From a virus (lineage: Duplodnaviria > Caudoviricetes): a DNA stretch of 58,128 nucleotides. Below the pieces are notes generated by a model. The model saw only the letters and a program-made list of their open reading frames with translations, was not told the DNA's origin and did not search any database. A program made the position numbers and the translations under genes. Position 1 is the first letter of the stretch. Each line of letters begins with the position of its first letter. Shown piece by piece: positions 35,313 to 44,938 of the stretch. Location of the stretch: the IMG/VR virus record IMGVR_UViG_3300030104_004696, positions 1 through 58,128 of that record, one strand, 5' to 3'.

Positions 35313-37178
35313 ATGGCTAAAATTGAAAACACTAAAGTTTACCCTACGGTCACACCAGCAATGGATGACTTACTTATTGCTACAGATGTAAGTAATAAAA
35401 ATGAAACAGTTACATTTTTAGTAAGTGATTTAATAGGTGGTGCAGGTGTTCTTCAAGGATTACAATCTGTTTTAGACACAGGGAATACAGCTACTCAAAA
35501 TATAAACTTAACAGGTGTAGGGGCAGGAGGAGGAATAACGGTTATTGGAACAGTTTATCCTACTACAATTACAGCAAGTGGAACAACAGGGGTGGCAGGA
35601 CAAATATTAAGTTCTACAGGAACAGGTATACAGTGGATCAATAGCCCTTCTGTATCTTGTTGTGGCTGGGAAGACACGTTGATAATAGATCCAGAATCAT
35701 CTGTAAACGCAGTAATGGATGCTGCCACTATGACTTTTCAAAACGCAGGTGCTGGAATAATTATAACAACACCAGGAACATTAAGTAACAGTGGTATTTC
35801 TACCTTTACAGGACAAGTAAATGTTAATAGTACCTCAATAAACTTTAATGCAACAGGCCAAATTAATGATGGTGCAGGAGCTACAGGAACAGCAGGGCAG
35901 TGGTTAACATCTACCGGAACAGGATTAGCGTGGAGCAGCACTATACCTCCGGCATCTTGTTGCGACCTTCAGAGTACATTAAATATTGGATCTACATCCT
36001 TCAATCAAGGAATGAGTTTTACAGGTACCAGTAGTATTACAATGGCTGCAGGAGTTAGTATAGGGTCATCAGGAAACAATGTTTTCAGTGGAACTAATAC
36101 TTTCTCAGGAACATTAGATGTAGATGCGTGTTTAGAAGATTCACTTGGCTCTTGTGGTACCGCAGGTCAAGTATTAATATCTACAGGTAGTGCAGTTCAA
36201 TGGTCAAATGGAGCGGGTATTGGTGCTCAAAATTTACAGGGAGTTTTAGATACAGCACCTTTTGGAGCAACAGGAGCAAATGCTAATGTGGTAATTTCAG
36301 GAACATTAAATGCAGGGACTATTACTGATAACTCAGGAAGTACAGGAGCAGTAGGTCAGTATTTAGCTATAAGTGGTGCAGGTTTAACTTGGACTACTTT
36401 AGCTCCAGGTGGAGTTACTTCTGTAACCGCTGGTTCTCCGGCTATATCTACAGGTGCACCACTAACTATTACTCCTACCACTGGTGCGGTAGTAGCAACA
36501 TCAAATTATTTTGGAGGATCAAATAATGTAGGGCATGTTCCTGATTCAACAGCAGTAGATCAAATTACAAACTTTTTGCGAGCAGATGGGTCGTGGGCAG
36601 TACCACCTGGTGGAAGTGCTTCTAATCCAGAAGAAGTGGTGAGAATTCCTTTCTTTAATCCAAAATGGGATCCTGGTACTACAGGGGCAAGTGATTACTA
36701 TACTTTTGATGGAATAACACAGGGACCAGCATTTGGCATAATAGGAAATAATAATGTAGGAGCAACAATTCCATCGTCAGCAACTATTACTGCAGAAGAT
36801 TATATTGGAGGTATGGTGTGGGGATATCCACCGGCAGGAAGTTGTACATTATTATATAATTCTTGGGCGGTATGTTCTGTAAAATTTCAAGTTTTCAGTG
36901 ATACTAATACTTCTTTTTTCTTTCAACTGTGGAAAGGACCTTTATGTCCTACAGGTACTGGTGTAACAGGTCTTACATTATTAGCAAATTGCGAATTTGC
37001 AGAAGTCGATATAACCAAAATTGCGTGTTGTGATGGAACTGTAGCAGCATCCCCAGCAAATCTAATTGGTCATGGCGAAGCACTTTTTATGACTTTAACT
37101 AATGCGGGTGTGGGATCAAATGCAGTAAAGTTTCAAGGAAACGTATTTATAAACTTACAAAAAGCTGTAAAACCTTAA
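35313..37178 (+). CDS. Tail fibre protein
   Basis: Gly/Thr-rich; four GQ.L.STG.G..W-like repeats and three LQ..L repeats. Confidence 0.75.
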   Translation: MAKIENTKVYPTVTPAMDDLLIATDVSNKNETVTFLVSDLIGGAGVLQGLQSVLDTGNTATQNINLTGVGAGGGITVIGTVYPTTITASGTTGVAGQILSSTGTGIQWINSPSVSCCGWEDTLIIDPESSVNAVMDAATMTFQNAGAGIIITTPGTLSNSGISTFTGQVNVNSTSINFNATGQINDGAGATGTAGQWLTSTGTGLAWSSTIPPASCCDLQSTLNIGSTSFNQGMSFTGTSSITMAAGVSIGSSGNNVFSGTNTFSGTLDVDACLEDSLGSCGTAGQVLISTGSAVQWSNGAGIGAQNLQGVLDTAPFGATGANANVVISGTLNAGTITDNSGSTGAVGQYLAISGAGLTWTTLAPGGVTSVTAGSPAISTGAPLTITPTTGAVVATSNYFGGSNNVGHVPDSTAVDQITNFLRADGSWAVPPGGSASNPEEVVRIPFFNPKWDPGTTGASDYYTFDGITQGPAFGIIGNNNVGATIPSSATITAEDYIGGMVWGYPPAGSCTLLYNSWAVCSVKFQVFSDTNTSFFFQLWKGPLCPTGTGVTGLTLLANCEFAEVDITKIACCDGTVAASPANLIGHGEALFMTLTNAGVGSNAVKFQGNVFINLQKAVKP

Positions 37179-37215
37179 TAAAACAGTTTAATCAAATTAA
37201 TTAAAATAAAATGAA

Positions 37216-37434
37216 ATGGACATTAGAAAAATATCAATCGGTTCTGACTATAAGTCTGGAGCTATGCACTACATAGTTGGTCAAGAAGTATTGGGAGGGT
37301 CACATACAATACATCTTATTCAAGGAACTGAATCTTCTTATAAAATTTGGATACAAAAAAAAGAAGAAATATATTTATGGAAAGAATTCCTTAGCACCCT
37401 TCCTATATCGTTAGAATTTAACATTAACTTTTAA
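37216..37434 (+). CDS. Conserved hypothetical protein
   Basis: IRKISIGSDYK..AMHYIVGQ.V pattern. Confidence 0.7.
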   Translation: MDIRKISIGSDYKSGAMHYIVGQEVLGGSHTIHLIQGTESSYKIWIQKKEEIYLWKEFLSTLPISLEFNINF

Positions 37435-37997
37435 TGCGTTCTCCATATAATTTTATTGTTACACCTTTAAAAAATAAAAGGTATGACAACAGTAAAGACA
37501 TAGGGGGTGTCGATTTTATTACAAGCGTTTCTAAAGAAGACCACAAAACATCTAATAGGCTTGCTAAAGTAGTTGCTTTGCCTATAGATTATAATGGTCC
37601 TATAAAAGAAGGAGATACTTTATTAGTTCACCATAATGTATTTAAATTATATTATGATATGCAAGGAGTAGAAAAAAGTGGTAGAAGCTTTTTAAAAGAT
37701 AATTTATTTTTAATAGATAATGAGCAGTTTTTTTTATATAAACAAAATAAAAAATGGAAGGCTCATAGTAAATATTGTTTTATAAAACCTATATTATTAG
37801 AAGACTCTTATATTTTTAAAGGAGGAAATGAAGAACCTTTAGTAGGGATAGTAAAGTATATTAATAAAGAATTAGAAAAATTAGGAGTAAAAGAAGGAGA
37901 TAAAATATCTTTTACACCTGATAGTGAATATGAATTTAATATAGAAGGGGAAAAATTATATCGAATGTTTACTAATAATATAACAATGACCTTATGA
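37434..37997 (+). CDS. GroES-like protein with two tandem Cpn10-like domains
   Basis: FIVTP...AKVVALP...IKEGDTLLVHHN and FIKPI...GIVKY...GVKEGDKISF...IEGEKLYRM. Confidence 0.6.
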   Translation: MRSPYNFIVTPLKNKRYDNSKDIGGVDFITSVSKEDHKTSNRLAKVVALPIDYNGPIKEGDTLLVHHNVFKLYYDMQGVEKSGRSFLKDNLFLIDNEQFFLYKQNKKWKAHSKYCFIKPILLEDSYIFKGGNEEPLVGIVKYINKELEKLGVKEGDKISFTPDSEYEFNIEGEKLYRMFTNNITMTL

Positions 37998-38572
37998 TAT
38001 ATATTCAAGATGATTTTATAGATAAAGATCTTTTTAATATAGCTTGTAATTATTTAAAGAAAGGAGATTTTATTACACATACAGTAGGAGAAAAAAATTT
38101 TTATATACAAGAATCTCCTTCTACTTTTGATGAATATGTTTTAAATAAATTAGCCCTTACAGAAGGAAGACCTTTAGAAAACATATTAAGTTTTTTTAGA
38201 GTATCAACAGATAAATTAGATAATACTTGGAGAATACATTCTGATTTAAATATAGATGGTAAACGTCCTGATAGAGCTGCTGTCTTATATATGTCTCCTC
38301 GAGAAAGAGAAGATTTGCATGGTACTGCATTTTGGGAGCATGCTATTTATGGTAAAAATTTACCTTCAGATATTACTGATGAAACGTATGATCAATTAAT
38401 AAGAGTAGACTCTGAAAATTTAGATATGTGGAGGCTGGTTTCAGTTTCAGGTTATGAGCAAAACAGATTAATATCTTATCCTGCCAATTATTTTCATAGT
38501 AAATATCCTAATAAATCTTGGAAAGAGGGCAGGGAAGTATATGTTATATTTTATAAATTTAAAAAAAATTAA
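37994..38572 (+). CDS. 2OG-Fe(II) oxygenase superfamily protein
   Basis: IQDDF...IHSD...AAVLYMS...GTAFW...NRLISYPANYFHS...R (HxD...H...R). Confidence 0.8.
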   Translation: MIYIQDDFIDKDLFNIACNYLKKGDFITHTVGEKNFYIQESPSTFDEYVLNKLALTEGRPLENILSFFRVSTDKLDNTWRIHSDLNIDGKRPDRAAVLYMSPREREDLHGTAFWEHAIYGKNLPSDITDETYDQLIRVDSENLDMWRLVSVSGYEQNRLISYPANYFHSKYPNKSWKEGREVYVIFYKFKKN

Positions 38573-38575
38573 ATC

Positions 38576-38782
38576 ATGGGAGTACAAAAAAACATTGGAA
38601 TACTAAAAGCTAAAGTAGAAAGTTTAACAGATAACCTTCAGAAGTTAATTATAGAAGAAAAACAAACTCGAGATATGGTCTTAGGTGCGTTGCAAATCTT
38701 AAAAGAAATGCCAGGACATGAAAAAGCTTTGAAAAAACTACAAGAAAAATTTGAAAAAGAAAATGGACATAAGGGAGCTTAA
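38576..38782 (+). CDS. Hypothetical coiled-coil protein
   Basis: 68 aa ORF in the operon. Confidence 0.55.
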   Translation: MGVQKNIGILKAKVESLTDNLQKLIIEEKQTRDMVLGALQILKEMPGHEKALKKLQEKFEKENGHKGA

Positions 38783-39041
38783 AGCAAATATAATACAAGC
38801 TGGTGAGAAAGCGGTCAAACAACTTATTAAGGTTGCAAAAGAAGATATTATAAAATTTGATAAAGATGATGAGTTAGCAGCAGATAGATTAAAAAATGCG
38901 GCAGCCACTAAAAAGCTGTGTATTATGGATGCGTTTGAAATATTAAAACGTATAGAAGAAGAAAGAGCTTTATTAGATGGGAATGTAACAGAAAAGAAAA
39001 CTAACACCCCTAAAGGATTTGCGGAATCAAGATCAAAATAA
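38763..39041 (+). CDS. Putative terminase small subunit
   Basis: Small helical protein immediately upstream of and overlapping terL; call is positional. Confidence 0.5.
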   Translation: MDIRELKANIIQAGEKAVKQLIKVAKEDIIKFDKDDELAADRLKNAAATKKLCIMDAFEILKRIEEERALLDGNVTEKKTNTPKGFAESRSK

Positions 39042-41265
39042 TTTACATAAAGAAATAAAAAACTTTATACCTAAATCTGTTATTACTAATAAAAACAGGG
39101 CTAAAACTTGGCTGTATGGATATAACGAAAAATACGACATAGTAGTAATTTCTCGAAATGGAACATTAGGTAAAGTAATAGATATTAATGGATTAAAAAT
39201 AGGATTACCTAAAGAGCCTAAAAAAGTTTATTCCAAATCTAAAAAAAAGGAAGAACAATATTGGGAGCCTACTTTAATTTCAAAACAGCTAAGTAGAATT
39301 AAATCTATATTTCAGTGGCATGAAACTCCTGATGCTTTTAAATCCCAATGGGTAGATTACATAGAAGAAGAATTTAACCGAAGAGAAGAAGGCTACTGGT
39401 TTATGAATAATGGGACTCCTACTTATATAACGGGAACTCATTATATGTATTTACAGTGGACTAAAATAGATGTAGGTAATCCTGACTTTAGAGAAGCTAA
39501 TAGAATTTTTTATATATTTTGGGAAGCGTGCAAAGCGGATAAAAGAAGTTTTGGAATGTGTTATTTAAAAATTAGACGTTCAGGATTCTCTTTTATGAGT
39601 TCGTGTGAAGGTGTTAATCAAGCAACTATAACTAAAGATGCTCGTATTGGAATACTTTCTAAAACAGGTTCCGATGCTAAAAAAATGTTTACCGATAAGG
39701 TTGTTCCTATTTCAAATAACTATCCTTTCTTTTTCAAACCTATTCAAGATGGAATGGATAAGCCTAAAACAGAATTAGCCTATAGGGTTCCAGCTTCTAA
39801 GATTACTAAAAAAAATATGCACAAGATTTCTGAAGAAGAGTTAGAAGGATTAGACACTACTATTGACTGGAAAAACACAGGGGACAATAGTTATGATGGT
39901 GAAAAATTACAATTACTATTACATGATGAAAGTGGTAAATGGGAGAAGCCTGATAACATATTAAATAACTGGAGGGTAACTAAAACTTGTTTGAGACTGG
40001 GTAGCAAGGTAATAGGGAAATGTATGATGGGATCTACTTCTAATGCTTTAGATAAAGGGGGTAGTAATTTTAAATCTCTGTATGAGGACTCTATGCCCAG
40101 TAAAAGAAATGCTAATGGACAAACTAAATCAGGGTTATATTGTTTGTTTATTCCAATGGAATGGAACTTTGAAGGTTATATAGATAGGTATGGAATGCCT
40201 GTATTTAAAACACCTATTAAACCAGTTATAGGTATAGATGGAGAGGATATTAAAGTAGGGGCTATAAATTATTGGGAAAATGAAGTAGAGTCTTTGTCTC
40301 ATGATCCTGATGCGTTAAATGAATTTTATCGTCAGTTTCCAAGAAGTGAATCTCACGCATTTAGAGATGAGAGTAAACAATCTATATTTAACTTAACTAA
40401 GATTTACCAACAAATCGATTATAATGATTCTCTTATAATGGATCATCATTTAACCCGAGGATCATTTTCTTGGGAAAACGGAATAAAAGATTCTAAAGTA
40501 ATTTGGAGTCCTAATAATAGGGGTAGGTTTTTAGTTAGTTGGACCCCTCCTAAACATTTACAAAATAAGATTGTGATGGAGCGAGGAACAAAAAAACCGG
40601 GTAACGAACACATCGGTTCATTTGGATGTGACTCTTATGATATATCGGGAGTTGTGGTAGGGAAAGGGTCTAATGGAGCACTGCATGGGATGACTAAGTT
40701 TAGTATGGAAGAAGCTCCAAGTAATGAGTTTTTTTTAGAATATATTGCCAGACCTCAAACTGCGGAGATATTTTTTGAAGAAGTTTTAATGGCTTGTGTA
40801 TTTTATGGTATGCCTATACTGTGTGAAAATAACAAACCTCGTTTATTATATCATTTTAAAAATAGAGGTTATAGAGGCTTCTCATTAAACAGGCCAGATA
40901 AAACTTACAATAAATTGTCTAAAACAGAAAAGGAATTAGGAGGTATCCCTAATACATCTGAAGATGTAAAACAATCTCACGCTTCTGCAATAGAATCTTA
41001 TATTGAAAAGCATGTAGGTATAGATTTTAATGGTGATTACAGGGATGCAGGAGATATGGGAGTTATGCATTTTGGTAGAACTTTAGAGGATTGGGCTAAG
41101 TTTGATATTAGTAATAGAACAAAGTTTGATGCTGCTATTAGTTCAGGATTAGCTATTATGGCTAACCAAAAACACTTATACACACCATCTAAACAAAAAT
41201 CAAAAATAAGTATTAACTTTGCAAGATATAATAATGCCAGCAATAAAAGTCAAATAATTAGATGA
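39019..41265 (+). CDS. terL: Terminase large subunit
   Basis: KIRRSGFS Walker A, LLLHDESGK Walker B, GSTSN motif C, FGCDSYD nuclease motif; start codon uncertain (TTG). Confidence 0.9.
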   Translation: MRNQDQNNLHKEIKNFIPKSVITNKNRAKTWLYGYNEKYDIVVISRNGTLGKVIDINGLKIGLPKEPKKVYSKSKKKEEQYWEPTLISKQLSRIKSIFQWHETPDAFKSQWVDYIEEEFNRREEGYWFMNNGTPTYITGTHYMYLQWTKIDVGNPDFREANRIFYIFWEACKADKRSFGMCYLKIRRSGFSFMSSCEGVNQATITKDARIGILSKTGSDAKKMFTDKVVPISNNYPFFFKPIQDGMDKPKTELAYRVPASKITKKNMHKISEEELEGLDTTIDWKNTGDNSYDGEKLQLLLHDESGKWEKPDNILNNWRVTKTCLRLGSKVIGKCMMGSTSNALDKGGSNFKSLYEDSMPSKRNANGQTKSGLYCLFIPMEWNFEGYIDRYGMPVFKTPIKPVIGIDGEDIKVGAINYWENEVESLSHDPDALNEFYRQFPRSESHAFRDESKQSIFNLTKIYQQIDYNDSLIMDHHLTRGSFSWENGIKDSKVIWSPNNRGRFLVSWTPPKHLQNKIVMERGTKKPGNEHIGSFGCDSYDISGVVVGKGSNGALHGMTKFSMEEAPSNEFFLEYIARPQTAEIFFEEVLMACVFYGMPILCENNKPRLLYHFKNRGYRGFSLNRPDKTYNKLSKTEKELGGIPNTSEDVKQSHASAIESYIEKHVGIDFNGDYRDAGDMGVMHFGRTLEDWAKFDISNRTKFDAAISSGLAIMANQKHLYTPSKQKSKISINFARYNNASNKSQIIR

Positions 41266-43697
41266 AAGACGTAAAAATACAGATAAACTCTGCTGCGTTC
41301 CCAGATCAGTTTGCAACCGATAAACAAAAAGCTTCAGATGAATTCGGGTTACAAGTTGGTCAGGCAATTCAATATGAGTGGTTTAGAAAAGATGGAATGA
41401 GGTGTAGGTTTTATAATCAGTGGGGAGAATTCCATAGATTAAGATTGTATGCCCGAGGAGAACAAGCCATAGGTAAATATAAAAATGAATTAGCAGTAGA
41501 TGGAGATTTGTCTTATCTAAATTTAGATTGGACTCCGGTTCCTATTATACCAAAATTTATAGACATTGTGGTAAACGGAATGTCAGATAGAATGTTTAAA
41601 GTAAATTGTATTGCAATGGATGCTTTGTCAGCAGAAAAAAGAAATACATTTCAAGATACGGTAGAAAGAAACATAGTATCAGGTGACATATATAGACAAG
41701 TTGAAAAGGAGTTTGGGGTTCAAATGTTTGAAGTAGACCCGGAAACATTACCTGAGACTAATGCCGAGATGGAGTTGTATATGCAATTAAACTATAAGCC
41801 TGCTATTGAAATAGCAAATGAAACTGCTATTAATACAATGTTAGAAGAAAATCATTATGTAGACACTCGTAAGAGGGTTGATTATGATATTGCAACTTTA
41901 GGTATTGGAATGTGCAAGCATATGTTTCAATTAGGAGATGGTATAAGAGTAGAGTATGTAGACCCTGCTAATGTAGTTTATAGTTATACTGAAGATCCTT
42001 ATTTTAAAGATTGTTTCTATTGGGGTGAGATTAAAACTTTACCTATAGCTGAATTAGTAAAGATAGACCCTGAGATTACCAACGAACAAATGGAAGAAAT
42101 TTCTAAATACAGTCAGTCTTGGTATGATTACTATAATGTAGCACAGATGTATGAGAATAGTATGTTTTCAAGAGACACCTGTACTTTATTATATTTTAAT
42201 TATAAAACCACCAACAGTTTTGTTTACAAGAAAAAACAAACTGCCGAAGGAACATTTAAGACAGTAGAAAAAGATGATGAGTTTAATCCTCCACAAGAAA
42301 TGATGGATGAGGGTAACTTTGAAAAAGTAGAAAAAAGAATTGATGTGTGGTATGAAGGTGTAATGGTCATGGGTACTAACATTATTTTAAAATGGGAAAT
42401 GATGGAAAATATGGTTAGACCTAATTCGGCTAATCAATATGCTTACCCTAACTATGTTGCTTGTGCTCCAAGAATGTATAAAGGAGTATTAGAGTCTTTA
42501 GTAAGAAGAATGATTCCTTTTGCCGATTTAATTCAATTAACACATTTAAAAATTCAACAAGTAGTTTCTAAAGTAGTTCCTGACGGAGTCTTTATTGACG
42601 CAGATGGATTGAGTGAAGTTGATTTAGGAACAGGAGCTGCGTATAATCCTGAAGATGCTTTACGATTATATTTCCAAACTGGTAGTGTGGTAGGTAGGTC
42701 TTATACCCAAGATGGAGAATTTAATAATGCCAGACAACCTATTAGTCAGTTAACATCCAGTAGTGGTCAAAGCAAAATGCAAATGTTAATTGGAAACTAT
42801 AATCATTATTTGAACATGATAAGACAGGTGACAGGATTAAATGAAGCTCGAGATGCTTCTACTCCAGACCCTAATTCTTTAGTTGGTGTTCAGAAATTAG
42901 CAGCATTAAATTCTAATGTAGCAACTCGACATATATTAAAAGCAAGTTTATATATAACTAAAAGATTAGCTGAATGTTTATCTATTAGGACTGCAGATGT
43001 ATTAGAGTATTCAGATTTCCGAGATGAATTTGCAATGCAAATTGGTAAATATAATTTAGGTATATTAGAAGAAATATCAAATCTATATTTATATGACTTT
43101 GGTATATTTATAGAAATGACTCCTGATGAAGAAGAAAAGGCTCAGCTTGAACAAAACATACAGATGGCTTTACAAAGTGGTGGTATTGATTTAGAAGATG
43201 CTATTGATATTAGAACTATTAATAATTTAAAATTAGCTAATCAATTACTTAAAGTAAAACGTAAACAAACAGAGAAGGTAAAGCAACAACAAGCTCAACA
43301 AGCCCAAGCAATGCAAGGCCAGCAACAACAACAGTTACAGCAAATGAAAGCTCAAGCTGAAATGCAAAAATCCCAACAAGAAATGCAGTCTAAAATTCAA
43401 ATTAAACAAGCTGAGATTGCTTTTGAAATAGAAAAACAGAAAAACGAAGCAGACTTGAAACGTAGACTTATGGATGTTGAGTTTAATTATAACATGCAAA
43501 TTCGAGGTATGGAACAGAAACAGATAGATATGCGTGAACAAAAAAAAGAAGAAGGTAAATCACAAAGAATAGCTGAAGCAAATTCTCAACAATCTAAATT
43601 AATTCAACAAAGAAAAAATAATTTACCACCTGTAAGTTTTGAATCTAATGAGGATAGTTTAGATGGGTTTGATTTAGCAGAATTCAATCCAAGATAA
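41262..43697 (+). CDS. Portal protein
   Basis: 811 aa after terL; PIIPKFIDIVVNG, Q-rich helical C-terminus; typical gene order. Confidence 0.85.
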   Translation: MKDVKIQINSAAFPDQFATDKQKASDEFGLQVGQAIQYEWFRKDGMRCRFYNQWGEFHRLRLYARGEQAIGKYKNELAVDGDLSYLNLDWTPVPIIPKFIDIVVNGMSDRMFKVNCIAMDALSAEKRNTFQDTVERNIVSGDIYRQVEKEFGVQMFEVDPETLPETNAEMELYMQLNYKPAIEIANETAINTMLEENHYVDTRKRVDYDIATLGIGMCKHMFQLGDGIRVEYVDPANVVYSYTEDPYFKDCFYWGEIKTLPIAELVKIDPEITNEQMEEISKYSQSWYDYYNVAQMYENSMFSRDTCTLLYFNYKTTNSFVYKKKQTAEGTFKTVEKDDEFNPPQEMMDEGNFEKVEKRIDVWYEGVMVMGTNIILKWEMMENMVRPNSANQYAYPNYVACAPRMYKGVLESLVRRMIPFADLIQLTHLKIQQVVSKVVPDGVFIDADGLSEVDLGTGAAYNPEDALRLYFQTGSVVGRSYTQDGEFNNARQPISQLTSSSGQSKMQMLIGNYNHYLNMIRQVTGLNEARDASTPDPNSLVGVQKLAALNSNVATRHILKASLYITKRLAECLSIRTADVLEYSDFRDEFAMQIGKYNLGILEEISNLYLYDFGIFIEMTPDEEEKAQLEQNIQMALQSGGIDLEDAIDIRTINNLKLANQLLKVKRKQTEKVKQQQAQQAQAMQGQQQQQLQQMKAQAEMQKSQQEMQSKIQIKQAEIAFEIEKQKNEADLKRRLMDVEFNYNMQIRGMEQKQIDMREQKKEEGKSQRIAEANSQQSKLIQQRKNNLPPVSFESNEDSLDGFDLAEFNPR

Positions 43698-43726
43698 TTT
43701 GCTTAAAAATATAATAAAATTAGTAT

Positions 43727-43734
43727 TAACTTTG
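43727..43734 (+). promoter_or_regulatory. Promoter -7 box TAACTTTG (scaffold/capsid)
   Basis: Intergenic match to TAnnTTTG. Confidence 0.7.
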
Positions 43735-43757
43735 TAACCTAAATTAAATTAAATAAA

Positions 43758-44918
43758 ATGGAAGAAAATAAATTTGTCGTAAAAGACGTAAGCGGTGTTG
43801 AAAAATCCAAAGTAGAAATAGAAGAAAAATTACTTAAAGAGCATGAAGAAAAATTTGAAGCTCCAGAAAGTAAACCTGACGTGGAACGAGTGGATACAAG
43901 CACTGCGAGTGCCGACACCAATACGAAACAAGAAGAAGTACAACAGGAAGAAGAAACACAAAAAGAAACTACCGCATCAGAGTTAAATGATGCAGACGTT
44001 CTTTCTTATATTAAAAGCAGATACGATAAAGATATCGAATCGGTAGATCAATTATTTGACACCAAAGAATCAAATGAAGAATTGCCAGAAGATGTTGCAG
44101 CGTATTTTAAATACAAAAAGGAAACTGGACGTGGAATCAAAGATTTTGTTGAATTACAAAAAAACTTTGATGAAATGGATGGAGACCAAGTGCTAAAGGC
44201 TTACTATTCTAAAACTGAAGAAGGTTTAGATATAGAGGATATTGAAGATATCATGGAGGATAAATTCTCATTTGACGAAGAATTAGATGATCCAAAAGAT
44301 ATTAAGAAAAAGCAATTAGCTAAAAAAAGAGAACTTGTAAAAGCTAAAAAGTTTTTAAATGAACAAAAAGATAAATATAAAGCTCCTCTTGAGTCAAGTG
44401 GGGGTGGATTATCTAAAGAGTCCATGGAAGAATTTGATAGCTATAAAAGTTATGTAGAGGAATCTAACAATGCTAAAGAAGCACAGAAGAAAAGGTATGA
44501 CTATTTTCTTAATAAAACCGATGAGGTTTTTAACGATGAGTTCAAAGGTTTTGAGTTCAAAATCGGAGAGAAAAGTTTTACATTTAAACCTGGGGATAGA
44601 GAGGAGTTAAAAAGTAAACAATCTAATGTAAACAACTTTGTTGAGAAATATATGGACAAAGAAAGTGGATTGATGAACGACCCTCAAGGATATCATAAAG
44701 CTATAGCAGTTGCCATGAATCTTGACAAGTTTGCTGAATTCTTTTATAATCAAGGAATGACCGAAGCTGTAGATAATGTTTCTAAAAAATCAAAAAACAT
44801 TAATATGGAAATGAGGAACACTCCACAAAGTTTCAGTAAAGATGGACTTAAGATTAGAAGTATGGGTGACCAAAGCAGTGGAAGAGGACTCAAAATTAGA
44901 AGTATAAAAAAATTATAA
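43758..44918 (+). CDS. Putative capsid scaffolding protein
   Basis: Highly charged helical protein between portal and capsid genes. Confidence 0.65.
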   Translation: MEENKFVVKDVSGVEKSKVEIEEKLLKEHEEKFEAPESKPDVERVDTSTASADTNTKQEEVQQEEETQKETTASELNDADVLSYIKSRYDKDIESVDQLFDTKESNEELPEDVAAYFKYKKETGRGIKDFVELQKNFDEMDGDQVLKAYYSKTEEGLDIEDIEDIMEDKFSFDEELDDPKDIKKKQLAKKRELVKAKKFLNEQKDKYKAPLESSGGGLSKESMEEFDSYKSYVEESNNAKEAQKKRYDYFLNKTDEVFNDEFKGFEFKIGEKSFTFKPGDREELKSKQSNVNNFVEKYMDKESGLMNDPQGYHKAIAVAMNLDKFAEFFYNQGMTEAVDNVSKKSKNINMEMRNTPQSFSKDGLKIRSMGDQSSGRGLKIRSIKKL

Positions 44919-44938
44919 ACTAAAAAAATTAAAAAATT

